From a virus, in IMG/VR virus record IMGVR_UViG_3300032271_000509, positions 1 to 33,230 of that record: a DNA stretch of 33,230 nt; one strand, given 5' to 3'. The position numbers and the translations under genes are program-made. Under the pieces are notes generated by a model. That model ran no database searches. It was not told the DNA's origin and was given only the letters and a program-made list of their open reading frames with translations. Shown in pieces: positions 24,115 to 30,414 of this stretch (position 1 is its first letter; each line of letters starts with the position of its first letter).

Positions 24115-25389
24115 TTAGCCCATCCAACCGGTGGGAATTGAAAAGGTTTTCTGTTGTGGCCTGACTTTGCGCGGCTCTTGCACCATCAAGCCGATCATCC
24201 GAAAAGCATCTGCGCCGTGACTGGCCCAGTTGTGCAGCGGCGACTTGCTGAACATGCCCGTGTCCTTGTCAACTTCGTACTGGTAGTGACGAAGGCACTG
24301 CAGGCCGTCTGCGGTGTTTTCTCGATCAAACCAGCAGTTGCCAAAGATCGTGCGCGCTGCGTTGATCGAGTCAACCACCGCGGTGCGCGGGATCACTCTT
24401 GTTTTGGCACCTGTAGCCCTGACGATTTCCTCGATGGACCGGCCATTTGCGGCCAACGTCTTGTTTTGAGCGTCGTGAGGCAGCCAGTCGGTGTCATACA
24501 CATAGCCCCACTTCTGCCCTTCGGCCAGGTAATGGCTGATCGTTTTCTGGTTGTCTTCTTGGTAGCGAATCAGGCGGGTTTCAGTGCCCACAAACTGCAA
24601 ATACCAAATAGCCACGTTGTCGGCCCAGCCCAAGTCCCAGATTCGATGCACCGGCTTGCTCGGGTCATAAGGCACGTTTGTGATGCGGCCTTCAAGCTCA
24701 GCGACTGCCAGCTCGTTGCCAAACACCGCGCCGTCAATTGACTTGCGGCACAAACCTTCCCAGACCGTCAGGTAGCTCGAGTGATCGCGCGTTTTGAGCG
24801 CTTCCATTTCGGCGCGCAATACTTCTGGAAACCATGGGTTGTCGGACCAATTGATCTTTTCAACCACCGCGCCGGCCGGAGGGTGAAGCACGAAGCGTTG
24901 ATACGTTTCATCTTCTTCCAGCTCAGGGTTGAAGCTGACCCAGATTTCGCTGCCGTCCTTGCGAATGGTTGGGATGAGGACGTTCCAGCTGCCCTTGCTG
25001 ACGGTCTGCGCTTCTTCGACCCAGCAGATGTCGACGCCTTCATAGGACTTGATTTGCGCCACGTTTGAGCGCAGGCCGGCAAAGCTGAATTCGCTGCCGT
25101 TCAATCCTCTGATGGAAGCGTTTTGAATCTCGTAGAACCCTGACAGTTGCAGCGCTGCAATTTGATCGCTGAGCAGCTTGTGGACGCTGTCACGGATGGA
25201 CATTTGCAATTCACGCGCGCAAAGAATGCGCAGCGGCTTGTTGCTGGCCATGATCAGCAACGCACGGGCAATGCCCCAGGATTTCGCTCCGCCTCGCCCC
25301 CCGTACAAAACTTTATACCGGTTCGGCTTGAACAGGCACGCAAGTTTTTCGGGAAATTCGGCGTTAACTGTCAGCTGCTGGCTTGACAC
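24115..25389 (-). CDS. terL: Terminase large subunit (PBSX / Terminase_3-like)
   Basis: Walker A is YGGRGGAKSWGIARAL, Walker B-like is ICWVEEA. The C-terminal part is a nuclease domain. Confidence 0.9.
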   Translation of the reverse strand: MSSQQLTVNAEFPEKLACLFKPNRYKVLYGGRGGAKSWGIARALLIMASNKPLRILCARELQMSIRDSVHKLLSDQIAALQLSGFYEIQNASIRGLNGSEFSFAGLRSNVAQIKSYEGVDICWVEEAQTVSKGSWNVLIPTIRKDGSEIWVSFNPELEEDETYQRFVLHPPAGAVVEKINWSDNPWFPEVLRAEMEALKTRDHSSYLTVWEGLCRKSIDGAVFGNELAVAELEGRITNVPYDPSKPVHRIWDLGWADNVAIWYLQFVGTETRLIRYQEDNQKTISHYLAEGQKWGYVYDTDWLPHDAQNKTLAANGRSIEEIVRATGAKTRVIPRTAVVDSINAARTIFGNCWFDRENTADGLQCLRHYQYEVDKDTGMFSKSPLHNWASHGADAFRMIGLMVQEPRKVRPQQKTFSIPTGWMG

Positions 25390-25771
25390 CGCGGAACGCT
25401 ACGTCAATCGATACCGGCAGCAGCGGCTCACCATCTTTGCCGGTGATTTCCGATTTTGTTGATTCGCGCCAATCAGCCGGGAACCGCGCAGCCATTGAGC
25501 GCGACCACACAGAGCCTTGAAACTGACCCGCGCCTGGCGCCATGATCAAGTTCTTGCGGCCCATGCTTTCCCACCAGGCTTGCGAGTGCGCCCTTGCTTT
25601 TGTAAAGGCTTCCAAAAACTCTGGGTATTCGGCGGGCCAGCTTGTTTCTAACGTGTTGCGCGAGACGTTCAAATCCGACGCCATTTCAACCACGGAACAG
25701 CCTTCTTTGCCCAACTCGATCACGCGCTCGCAATAGGCTGGGTCGTAAATAGTGGGGCGACCGCCAGGCAT
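25364..25771 (-). CDS. terS: Terminase small subunit (HTH type)
   Basis: MPGGRPTIYDPAYCERVIELGKEGCSVVEMASDLNVSRNTL is a typical TerS N-terminal HTH. A GAGGA SD lies upstream of the ATG at 25771. The track ORF extends to 25798. Confidence 0.75.
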   Translation of the reverse strand: MPGGRPTIYDPAYCERVIELGKEGCSVVEMASDLNVSRNTLETSWPAEYPEFLEAFTKARAHSQAWWESMGRKNLIMAPGAGQFQGSVWSRSMAARFPADWRESTKSEITGKDGEPLLPVSIDVAFRGVKPAADS

Positions 25772-25772
25772 A

Positions 25773-26021
25773 TCAGTCCTCGACCACCGCAGCCACATCG
25801 GCTTCTTGAAGTATTTGATACGTCACGCCAGCTTCAACGTAAGTTGGAAACTCGAACAGCCCGTACTTGATTTGATCGCCTGGTTGCAAGTCCAGCGCAA
25901 GCGGACCCACAGACACGACTTCGCCCTGATTGAGCTTTTCGGTGTTGTTGACGATCAACACGTCAGAAAGCGAGCGCACGCGTGGTTTAACCAAAATGCG
26001 ATCTCGGAGCATTTGCAACAT
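25773..26021 (-). CDS. GroES / Cpn10-like co-chaperonin (82 aa), first gene of the late operon
   Basis: LRDRILVKP...IV....K.NQGEVVSVGP...DLQPGDQIKY.......VEAGVTYQILQEADVAAVVE aligns by eye with GroES (L.DRVIVK...GEVLAVG...DVKVGD.V.F....E...LI..E.DILA.VE). This is only the C-terminal part of track ORF 25773-26279. Confidence 0.6.
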   Translation of the reverse strand: MLQMLRDRILVKPRVRSLSDVLIVNNTEKLNQGEVVSVGPLALDLQPGDQIKYGLFEFPTYVEAGVTYQILQEADVAAVVED

Positions 26022-26230
26022 ATGGATTTCCAAAAGTGCCACCGCCCGATCCGCCCAGGGGTGAGAGACGAGTCCAGAGACCCGCAGGCGGCTGCTACGT
26101 CGGTGAGCTGCGGGCCTTAATGCCGGAGTGGCCCGCTTGCCGGCTTCCGCTTCCCAGCGGGAAGACGGGTAAAGGTGCCAGGTCAGACCTTTGGCAACTG
26201 CGAGTTGATCGAGGTGTAGGCCTGCCTGGC

Positions 26231-26270
26231 GAAACGAAAAAACCCGCCTCAAATTGCTTTGGGCGGGTTT
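26231..26270 (-). terminator. Strong intrinsic terminator about 30-65 nt downstream of the putative late promoter (tR'-like)
   Basis: On the minus strand: AAACCCGCC-13 nt (with inner CAAA/TTTG pairing)-GGCGGGTTT followed by TTTCGTTTC. Confidence 0.8.
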
Positions 26271-26299
26271 GAGTGACAACGGGTCACGCTATCTACTTT

Positions 26300-26722
26300 T
26301 CACAGAATAACCGCAAACCGGCGTTTGTCAAGTTTTTCCATCTTTCCGTCCAGATCAGCCAAGCCTGCCTTGAGCAAGCGTAGCCAAGTGTCGGTGCTGT
26401 AGCCCCGCTCTTGGTCAATGTCGCGGGCAAGCCAAGGCTTGACGTAGCGCAGCACGGCCAGCAAATGCTTGGGCGGGATTTGAGACATCGCGGCCTCAAG
26501 GTTTGTGAAGTCTTGGCCACCGTAACCCGTTGGCTCAAATGACGTGGCCTGAATGGGGATGCCTTCTTTGAGCATAGGGCTGATGCTGTACCAACCGATG
26601 CCGCGCGTCTGGTTGTGCAGTTCACGCATGGCCCACTGGTGAAGCAGGCCAACGAGCCACGCGGGGTGCAGTTGTGGTTTGCGTGCCATCAGTGCGCCCT
26701 CATTCGCGGCACTCCAGCTCAA
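26300..26722 (-). CDS. Q-like late-gene antiterminator (Phage_antitermQ-like, tentative)
   Basis: Last gene of the early operon, directly followed by promoter + terminator + late genes. The pattern LLHQWAMRE.....GIGWYSISPML........EPTGYGGQDF..LEAAMSQIP.KHLLAVLRY resembles 21/QuuD-type Q proteins. An alternative ATG at 26689 has a GAGGG SD. Confidence 0.5.
   Translation of the reverse strand: MSWSAANEGALMARKPQLHPAWLVGLLHQWAMRELHNQTRGIGWYSISPMLKEGIPIQATSFEPTGYGGQDFTNLEAAMSQIPPKHLLAVLRYVKPWLARDIDQERGYSTDTWLRLLKAGLADLDGKMEKLDKRRFAVIL
26304..26331 (-). promoter_or_regulatory. Putative late promoter (PR'-like), embedded in the last codons of the Q-like gene
   Basis: On the minus strand: TTGACA (26331-26326), a 16-nt spacer, then TATTCT (26309-26304). 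Confidence 0.6.
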
Positions 26723-26930
26723 TCAGCCTGTCCAAATAGTGGCGCGCTTTCCTTAAATCTTCGACGCCGCCCTTCTTGTCGCAGCGGGCCAAGTATTTGA
26801 TGGCGTTACCTCTCAAGAACCCGGCAAAGGCCTCTGTCGACATCCAGCACTGCATGGCGTCCCATGGCTGCACGCTGCCCATGTCGACGTAGTGTGAGCC
26901 CCCGATTTGCCGCTTACCTGCTGCGCTCAT
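26700..26930 (-). CDS. DUF3310-family protein
   Basis: The motifs GGSHY......QPWD and GNAIKYLARCDKKGGVEDLRKARHYL are the DUF3310 signature. Confidence 0.75.
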   Translation of the reverse strand: MSAAGKRQIGGSHYVDMGSVQPWDAMQCWMSTEAFAGFLRGNAIKYLARCDKKGGVEDLRKARHYLDRLIELECRE

Positions 26931-27960
26931 TCAACAAACTCCATGCTGTTGCTGCCACTGCTGGAACCTGTCCGTTGCCAATGGCTTTAAGTCGGTGTGA
27001 CCGATGGGCCACCCCATAAGCCACTCGACCCACGTCGGGTTCAGTTGCCCACCACTCTCCGGCGATTCCGCCAGAGCTTCGCGCCTCGCTATCGCGCCGA
27101 GGCTGTTTGACTGCTGAGAGTTCCCGTTCAGTCGATAGCTGTCCTCGTTCGCTCCTGGTGTCGGATACACGTTTCTCTTGGTTGCACCGCGCTCCACTGC
27201 ATAGTCCAAACGGTCCCGCAGCGCACCCTGCTTGCCCGCACCTTTGTGGTCGCTGGCTTGTGGCGTCGGCCACAACCTCACCGCACCGCCAAGCGTCGTG
27301 CCCCGACGCGATGCATTTGCCGCAGCACCCACGCCCCGAACTTGCGCGTTGTCCTGCGTTGTCGGCGTCGGCCAGCGGTGAGGCGTGTTCATCTGCTGCA
27401 CCAGTGAGATGCCCGTCATGCTGTCGGTGATCGTCCCGCCCCGCGTCGAATCGCTCGCCGACGGCGTGGCCCACAAGCCAGAACCTGTCGCGCTGGTGCG
27501 GCGCGCCGACATCGGCAGCTCCCAGCACTGTCCAGCGGCAGTCATACCCGAGCGCGGCCAGATCACTAAGGACAACTCCAAGTCCTCGAGTAATGAGTGC
27601 TGGGCTGTTTTCCACAAAGACGTAGCGGGGTCGAACCTCGCCAACGATGCGCGCCATGTGCTTCCACATTCCGCTGCGCTCTCCGGTGATGCCTGCACCC
27701 CCCCCCGCGACTGAGATGTCTTGACAGGGAAACCCGCCAGCCACGACGTCAACAATTCCGCGCCACGGTTTTCCGTCAAAGGTCTGCACGTCATCCCAAA
27801 TCGGGAATGGCGGGAAGCATCCATCGTTTTGTCGTGCCACAAGCATGGCTTGGGCGTAGGGCTCCCATTCGACGGCGCACACGCAGCGGTGTCCGAGCAG
27901 TTGGCCGGCAAGAATGCCGCCACCAGCGCCTGCGAATAGATGAAGCTCATTCAGACTCAT
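26914..27960 (-). CDS. DNA (cytosine-5)-methyltransferase, frame A
   Basis: Motif I LFAGAGGG, IV GGFPCQDIS, VI FVENSPAL, VIII APHQRDRFWLVG, X LKAIGNGQVPAVA. The start at ATG 27960 (MSLNELHLFAG) is preferred over the track start at 28017. About 135 central codons have no recognisable target-recognition domain. Confidence 0.8.
   Translation of the reverse strand: MSLNELHLFAGAGGGILAGQLLGHRCVCAVEWEPYAQAMLVARQNDGCFPPFPIWDDVQTFDGKPWRGIVDVVAGGFPCQDISVAGGGAGITGERSGMWKHMARIVGEVRPRYVFVENSPALITRGLGVVLSDLAALGYDCRWTVLGAADVGAPHQRDRFWLVGHAVGERFDAGRDDHRQHDGHLTGAADEHASPLADADNAGQRASSGRGCCGKCIASGHDAWRCGEVVADATSQRPQRCGQAGCAAGPFGLCSGARCNQEKRVSDTRSERGQLSTERELSAVKQPRRDSEARSSGGIAGEWWATEPDVGRVAYGVAHRSHRLKAIGNGQVPAVAATAWSLLNERSR
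26931..27950 (-). CDS. Nested +1-frame ORF (339 codons) carrying TRD-like WPTP repeats and a motif-IX-like EWLMGWP segment
   Basis: Fully inside frame A. Contains LWATPSASD, RWPTPTTQD, LWPTPQASDHKG, VYPTPGANED and LNPTWVEWLMGWPIGHTD. Its ATG forms an ATGA overlap with the resolvase stop, and its TGA abuts the ATG of the DUF3310 gene. Confidence 0.5.
   Translation of the reverse strand: MSFIYSQALVAAFLPANCSDTAACAPSNGSPTPKPCLWHDKTMDASRHSRFGMTCRPLTENRGAELLTSWLAGFPVKTSQSRGGVQASPESAAECGSTWRASLARFDPATSLWKTAQHSLLEDLELSLVIWPRSGMTAAGQCWELPMSARRTSATGSGLWATPSASDSTRGGTITDSMTGISLVQQMNTPHRWPTPTTQDNAQVRGVGAAANASRRGTTLGGAVRLWPTPQASDHKGAGKQGALRDRLDYAVERGATKRNVYPTPGANEDSYRLNGNSQQSNSLGAIARREALAESPESGGQLNPTWVEWLMGWPIGHTDLKPLATDRFQQWQQQHGVC
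27698..27706. repeat. C9/G9 homopolymer inside the methyltransferase (codons AGGGAG after motif IV)
   Basis: Nine consecutive C on the + strand, counted directly. Confidence 0.95.
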
Positions 27961-28267
27961 GCCACACACACGGCCGCTCGCCTTGCCGCTGAACCAGCCA
28001 GCTCGAGGTGCCGGCAATCTTCGAGATCAGCATCCACCTCAGCCGACGTGACGCCGCCTGGCGCATGGCCTGGGCCTTGTGGTCCGGCAAGATGCCGGCG
28101 CAGTTCTTGACCTCAACGCACCAAGTCACACCGGCCGCGTCGGTGGCGATCAAATCCGCTGACGTGATGCCGCCGGTTAGGTCATCGACGGCGTAGTCCC
28201 TGGCCTGCAGCAGGTGCTTGGCCTGCGTTTCCCCTGCCCTGCCCTTGCGTCGGCTGGCTTCGCTCAT
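27947..28267 (-). CDS. Hjc-like / PD-(D/E)xK Holliday-junction resolvase
   Basis: GRAGETQAKHLLQARDYAV......SADLIATDAAGVTWCVEVKN is the Hjc-type G..GE...D...E.K pattern. The start at ATG 28267 has an ATGA overlap with the upstream stop. Confidence 0.6.
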   Translation of the reverse strand: MSEASRRKGRAGETQAKHLLQARDYAVDDLTGGITSADLIATDAAGVTWCVEVKNCAGILPDHKAQAMRQAASRRLRWMLISKIAGTSSWLVQRQGERPCVWHESE

Positions 28268-28500
28268 TCGCAAACCTCAAACAGCGACAGTTGCGCCGGT
28301 TCGCTTACACACACTTTGTGGCCAAGCTGCGGGTAATCACGCTCATCAGGCATGCGCAGTCGAACCCCGTTTTTGTCGCGTATGCCCATTTCAATTTCAA
28401 GCGTTTCGCATTTGGCCCAGTAAGCGTCCCGAATCGATTGATCCTCGCCCCACGGCATATCGCGCAGCATCTGAACGTAGGCTTCGGCAAGCTGACTCAT
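28264..28500 (-). CDS. Hypothetical protein (78 aa)
   Basis: Track ORF with ATGA coupling at its start. Confidence 0.55.
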   Translation of the reverse strand: MSQLAEAYVQMLRDMPWGEDQSIRDAYWAKCETLEIEMGIRDKNGVRLRMPDERDYPQLGHKVCVSEPAQLSLFEVCE

Positions 28501-28955
28501 GCCGACCTCAGATGCGTGTTCGACCAGCGTGGGTGCTCGCTGAAGCTCGGGCAGATCGTGACCTTGGTGTTGCTGGTGATGCGCGGCTCAACATAGCCAG
28601 GCTCGCCTGGCTGGGCGGCGTTGTCCCACCAAGCCTTGCCGTAGGTGGACTTGATCACCGTCATGGCCGGCCCGCTCACATGCTTGCGGCGCGGCTTAGT
28701 GTCGACTTGGTGCTCGCTGGCCCACTGGGCAAATAGCTCAGGCGTGGTGCGGCAGCGGGCAATCATTGAGCGGCCTTCGCGCGTGATGCTGAACTCAACC
28801 ATCCAACCAGCAAGGTGCATGCGTTTGGCGTTTTTTGTGATGTCGCCGCTTTTGCGAGGCGTGCTCAAAGACTCGGCCACGTCTCGGCACAGCGTGCCGC
28901 TCACCCGTGAAGCCATGTCCATCAATCGGTGCATCTGAAGCGTCGTGCGTTTCAT
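28497..28955 (-). CDS. Hypothetical protein (152 aa)
   Basis: Track ORF. Its ATG overlaps the stop of the Zn-ribbon ORF (ATGA). Confidence 0.6.
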   Translation of the reverse strand: MKRTTLQMHRLMDMASRVSGTLCRDVAESLSTPRKSGDITKNAKRMHLAGWMVEFSITREGRSMIARCRTTPELFAQWASEHQVDTKPRRKHVSGPAMTVIKSTYGKAWWDNAAQPGEPGYVEPRITSNTKVTICPSFSEHPRWSNTHLRSA

Positions 28956-29110
28956 TGTTTTGGCTTGACTGGCTGTTCTTGAGTTGTGAAACGGTGGCCG
29001 TTAGCGCATTCGCGTTGGCGCGTTGACCCAGTCGTTCTAAGCACCCGTGTCCATGCGTTGCACTGCGGGCACAACGTGCCGTTTTGCGGGTTGCGATCAC
29101 CAAACGTCAC
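28952..29110 (-). CDS. Zinc-ribbon miniprotein (52 aa, GTG start), NrdR/Ogr-type ribbon, below the ORF-track cutoff
   Basis: GTGA overlap with the Ref-like stop and ATGA overlap with the next gene. CPQC...x17...C-ANG-H-RFTTQE resembles the NrdR N-terminal ribbon (CP.C....RRR.C..C..RFTT.E). Confidence 0.55.
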   Translation of the reverse strand: MTFGDRNPQNGTLCPQCNAWTRVLRTTGSTRQRECANGHRFTTQEQPVKPKQ

Positions 29111-29361
29111 AGAATTGCCCTCAGCGTTTCGTTGAGCACGTCCAGCTCGTCGAGCTTCTTTGCGTGCCAGATGTAGCGCTCACCGTGCCAGCCGTTGCGC
29201 GGGCCTTTGTGGCAGTTGATGCACAAAGGAATGCACAGGTACTGGTAGTGCTGGCGGACGTGGTGCGCCTCGCTCGGCCCTTCGGCGTTGCACACCCCGC
29301 AGTTCATTTCCTTGATGCGGGCTAGATGACGGCGCTCTGTGGAGTTGGGGCGGTTGTTCAT
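29107..29361 (-). CDS. HNH-type nuclease, Ref (RecA-dependent nuclease)-like
   Basis: RRHLARIKEMNCGVCNAEGPSEAHHVRQ...CIPLCINCHKG..NGWHG. The start at ATG 29361 has an ATGA overlap with the ninB stop. Confidence 0.6.
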   Translation of the reverse strand: MNNRPNSTERRHLARIKEMNCGVCNAEGPSEAHHVRQHYQYLCIPLCINCHKGPRNGWHGERYIWHAKKLDELDVLNETLRAIL

Positions 29362-29789
29362 GCAAACACCTCCTCGGGCACATCTCTGCCCAAGCTGGTG
29401 CGGCTCCACTGCACCCCGCGCTCGTCGCCAAAGGCGTGCAGGAAGTCGATCAGCTCGGACATCTCGCCGATCGTCATGCGTGAGGTGCGCGTGCCCAGCA
29501 CCACAAACCCTCCATCAATCCCCGGCACCACGCGCTGGCGCTTGAGCGCGGCCGTGGCCATGTCCTTCCAGGCTTCGTCGTCCAACATCTGGCCGTGCCA
29601 CTCAACCTGGCGCGAGACATCGGCCAAGCAGCTCCACAGCAAAGAGTTCTGAGCGGTGCTGCGGGTGTCGGTCTTGATGCTGACGCTCAAGCGGTGGCCG
29701 GCGATCAGCCAAGGCTTGATGTCGGCCCACAGCGCAAGCAGCGCTTGGTGCGCCTGTTGAGCGTTGTAAAGGGTGATCGACGCTCTCAT
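29358..29789 (-). CDS. ninB: NinB / Orf-family recombination mediator
   Basis: RSTAQNSLLWSCLADVSRQVEWHGQMLDDEAWKDM....K......G.DGGFVVLGTRTSRMTIGEMSELIDFL matches the NinB signature. ATGA-coupled start at 29789. Confidence 0.75.
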   Translation of the reverse strand: MRASITLYNAQQAHQALLALWADIKPWLIAGHRLSVSIKTDTRSTAQNSLLWSCLADVSRQVEWHGQMLDDEAWKDMATAALKRQRVVPGIDGGFVVLGTRTSRMTIGEMSELIDFLHAFGDERGVQWSRTSLGRDVPEEVFA

Positions 29790-29995
29790 GCCGCCTCCGC
29801 CCACATCGGGCAACGCTGGCCGTCGCGCGTCACGATGGCGCCATCAATCGCCACCGTGCGCGGCCTATCCAATGGATTAGCCGGGGTCCACGGCGCGTGG
29901 CGGATGCAACTCAAACAATCGACAGACAGTTTTGATGGTGCGCACACCGCACGGCTGTCGGCAAACGGGCGGCAATCGCCGTGGCGGCGCGTCAT
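29786..29995 (-). CDS. Small Cys-rich hypothetical protein (69 aa)
   Basis: ATGA overlaps at both ends place it in the translational coupling chain. Confidence 0.5.
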   Translation of the reverse strand: MTRRHGDCRPFADSRAVCAPSKLSVDCLSCIRHAPWTPANPLDRPRTVAIDGAIVTRDGQRCPMWAEAA

Positions 29996-30414
29996 TCGGC
30001 GGCCTCCGGCTGGTGCCCGGTAGCGTCGCGCAGCATCGTGCGCTGGGCGTGCGTGAGGTACGCGCCGGCGTCTTTCTTCGCCTGCAAATCCGCAATCCAG
30101 CCTCGAGCGGGCTTGGCTTTGAACAAGCTGGCGAGGCTTTTAAGGGTGGTGATCTTCTCGGCCTTGCTCATGGGGCGGATCGGTGTCGGCTGCGCTGGCC
30201 GGCTCATGGCGCGCTCAGTTTGCGCGTCGAGCTGCTTAGCGGTGACGCGAGACCAGTCGTGAGGCTGGGCGCCAGCATGCGCGGTGCACAACCGCGTTCC
30301 GGCGTCAAAGCTCCACCGATTTGGGCAGCCGTTGGCTGAGCAGTTGAGCGAGCTGTCGCCGTGGAAATCGTCGGCGATTCGTTGGTCTCGGACCTGGGAT
30401 CGGTAGGTGCTCAT
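29992..30414 (-). CDS. Hypothetical protein (140 aa) with a Cys/His cluster (CSANGCPNRWS....RLCTAH)
   Basis: ATGA-coupled start at 30414 inside track ORF 29992-30465. Confidence 0.55.
   Translation of the reverse strand: MSTYRSQVRDQRIADDFHGDSSLNCSANGCPNRWSFDAGTRLCTAHAGAQPHDWSRVTAKQLDAQTERAMSRPAQPTPIRPMSKAEKITTLKSLASLFKAKPARGWIADLQAKKDAGAYLTHAQRTMLRDATGHQPEAAE

Noticed and set aside
8196-24741. Long antisense ORFs opposite structural genes (for example 8673-9515, 11201-11737, 16376-17044, 21228-21950, 22787-23509, 24154-24741)
   Set aside because: Each lies opposite a gene with a clear family signature or coherent operon position. Compositions are low-complexity (Arg/Ala/Gly/Ser), and they lack start context. 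This is typical high-G+C antisense open frames.
26022-26279. N-terminal 86 codons of track ORF 25773-26279 (168 aa)
   Set aside because: This part spans the strong intrinsic terminator and reads as Arg/Ser/Pro-rich nonsense. The GroES-like similarity begins only at the Met at 26021, so the region is treated as untranslated leader.
28795-29103. Track ORF of 102 aa on the minus strand
   Set aside because: It has a His/Arg/Gln-rich featureless translation and overlaps the start of the 152-aa gene. A different frame in the same gap gives a coupled Zn-ribbon ORF with conserved-looking ligands.
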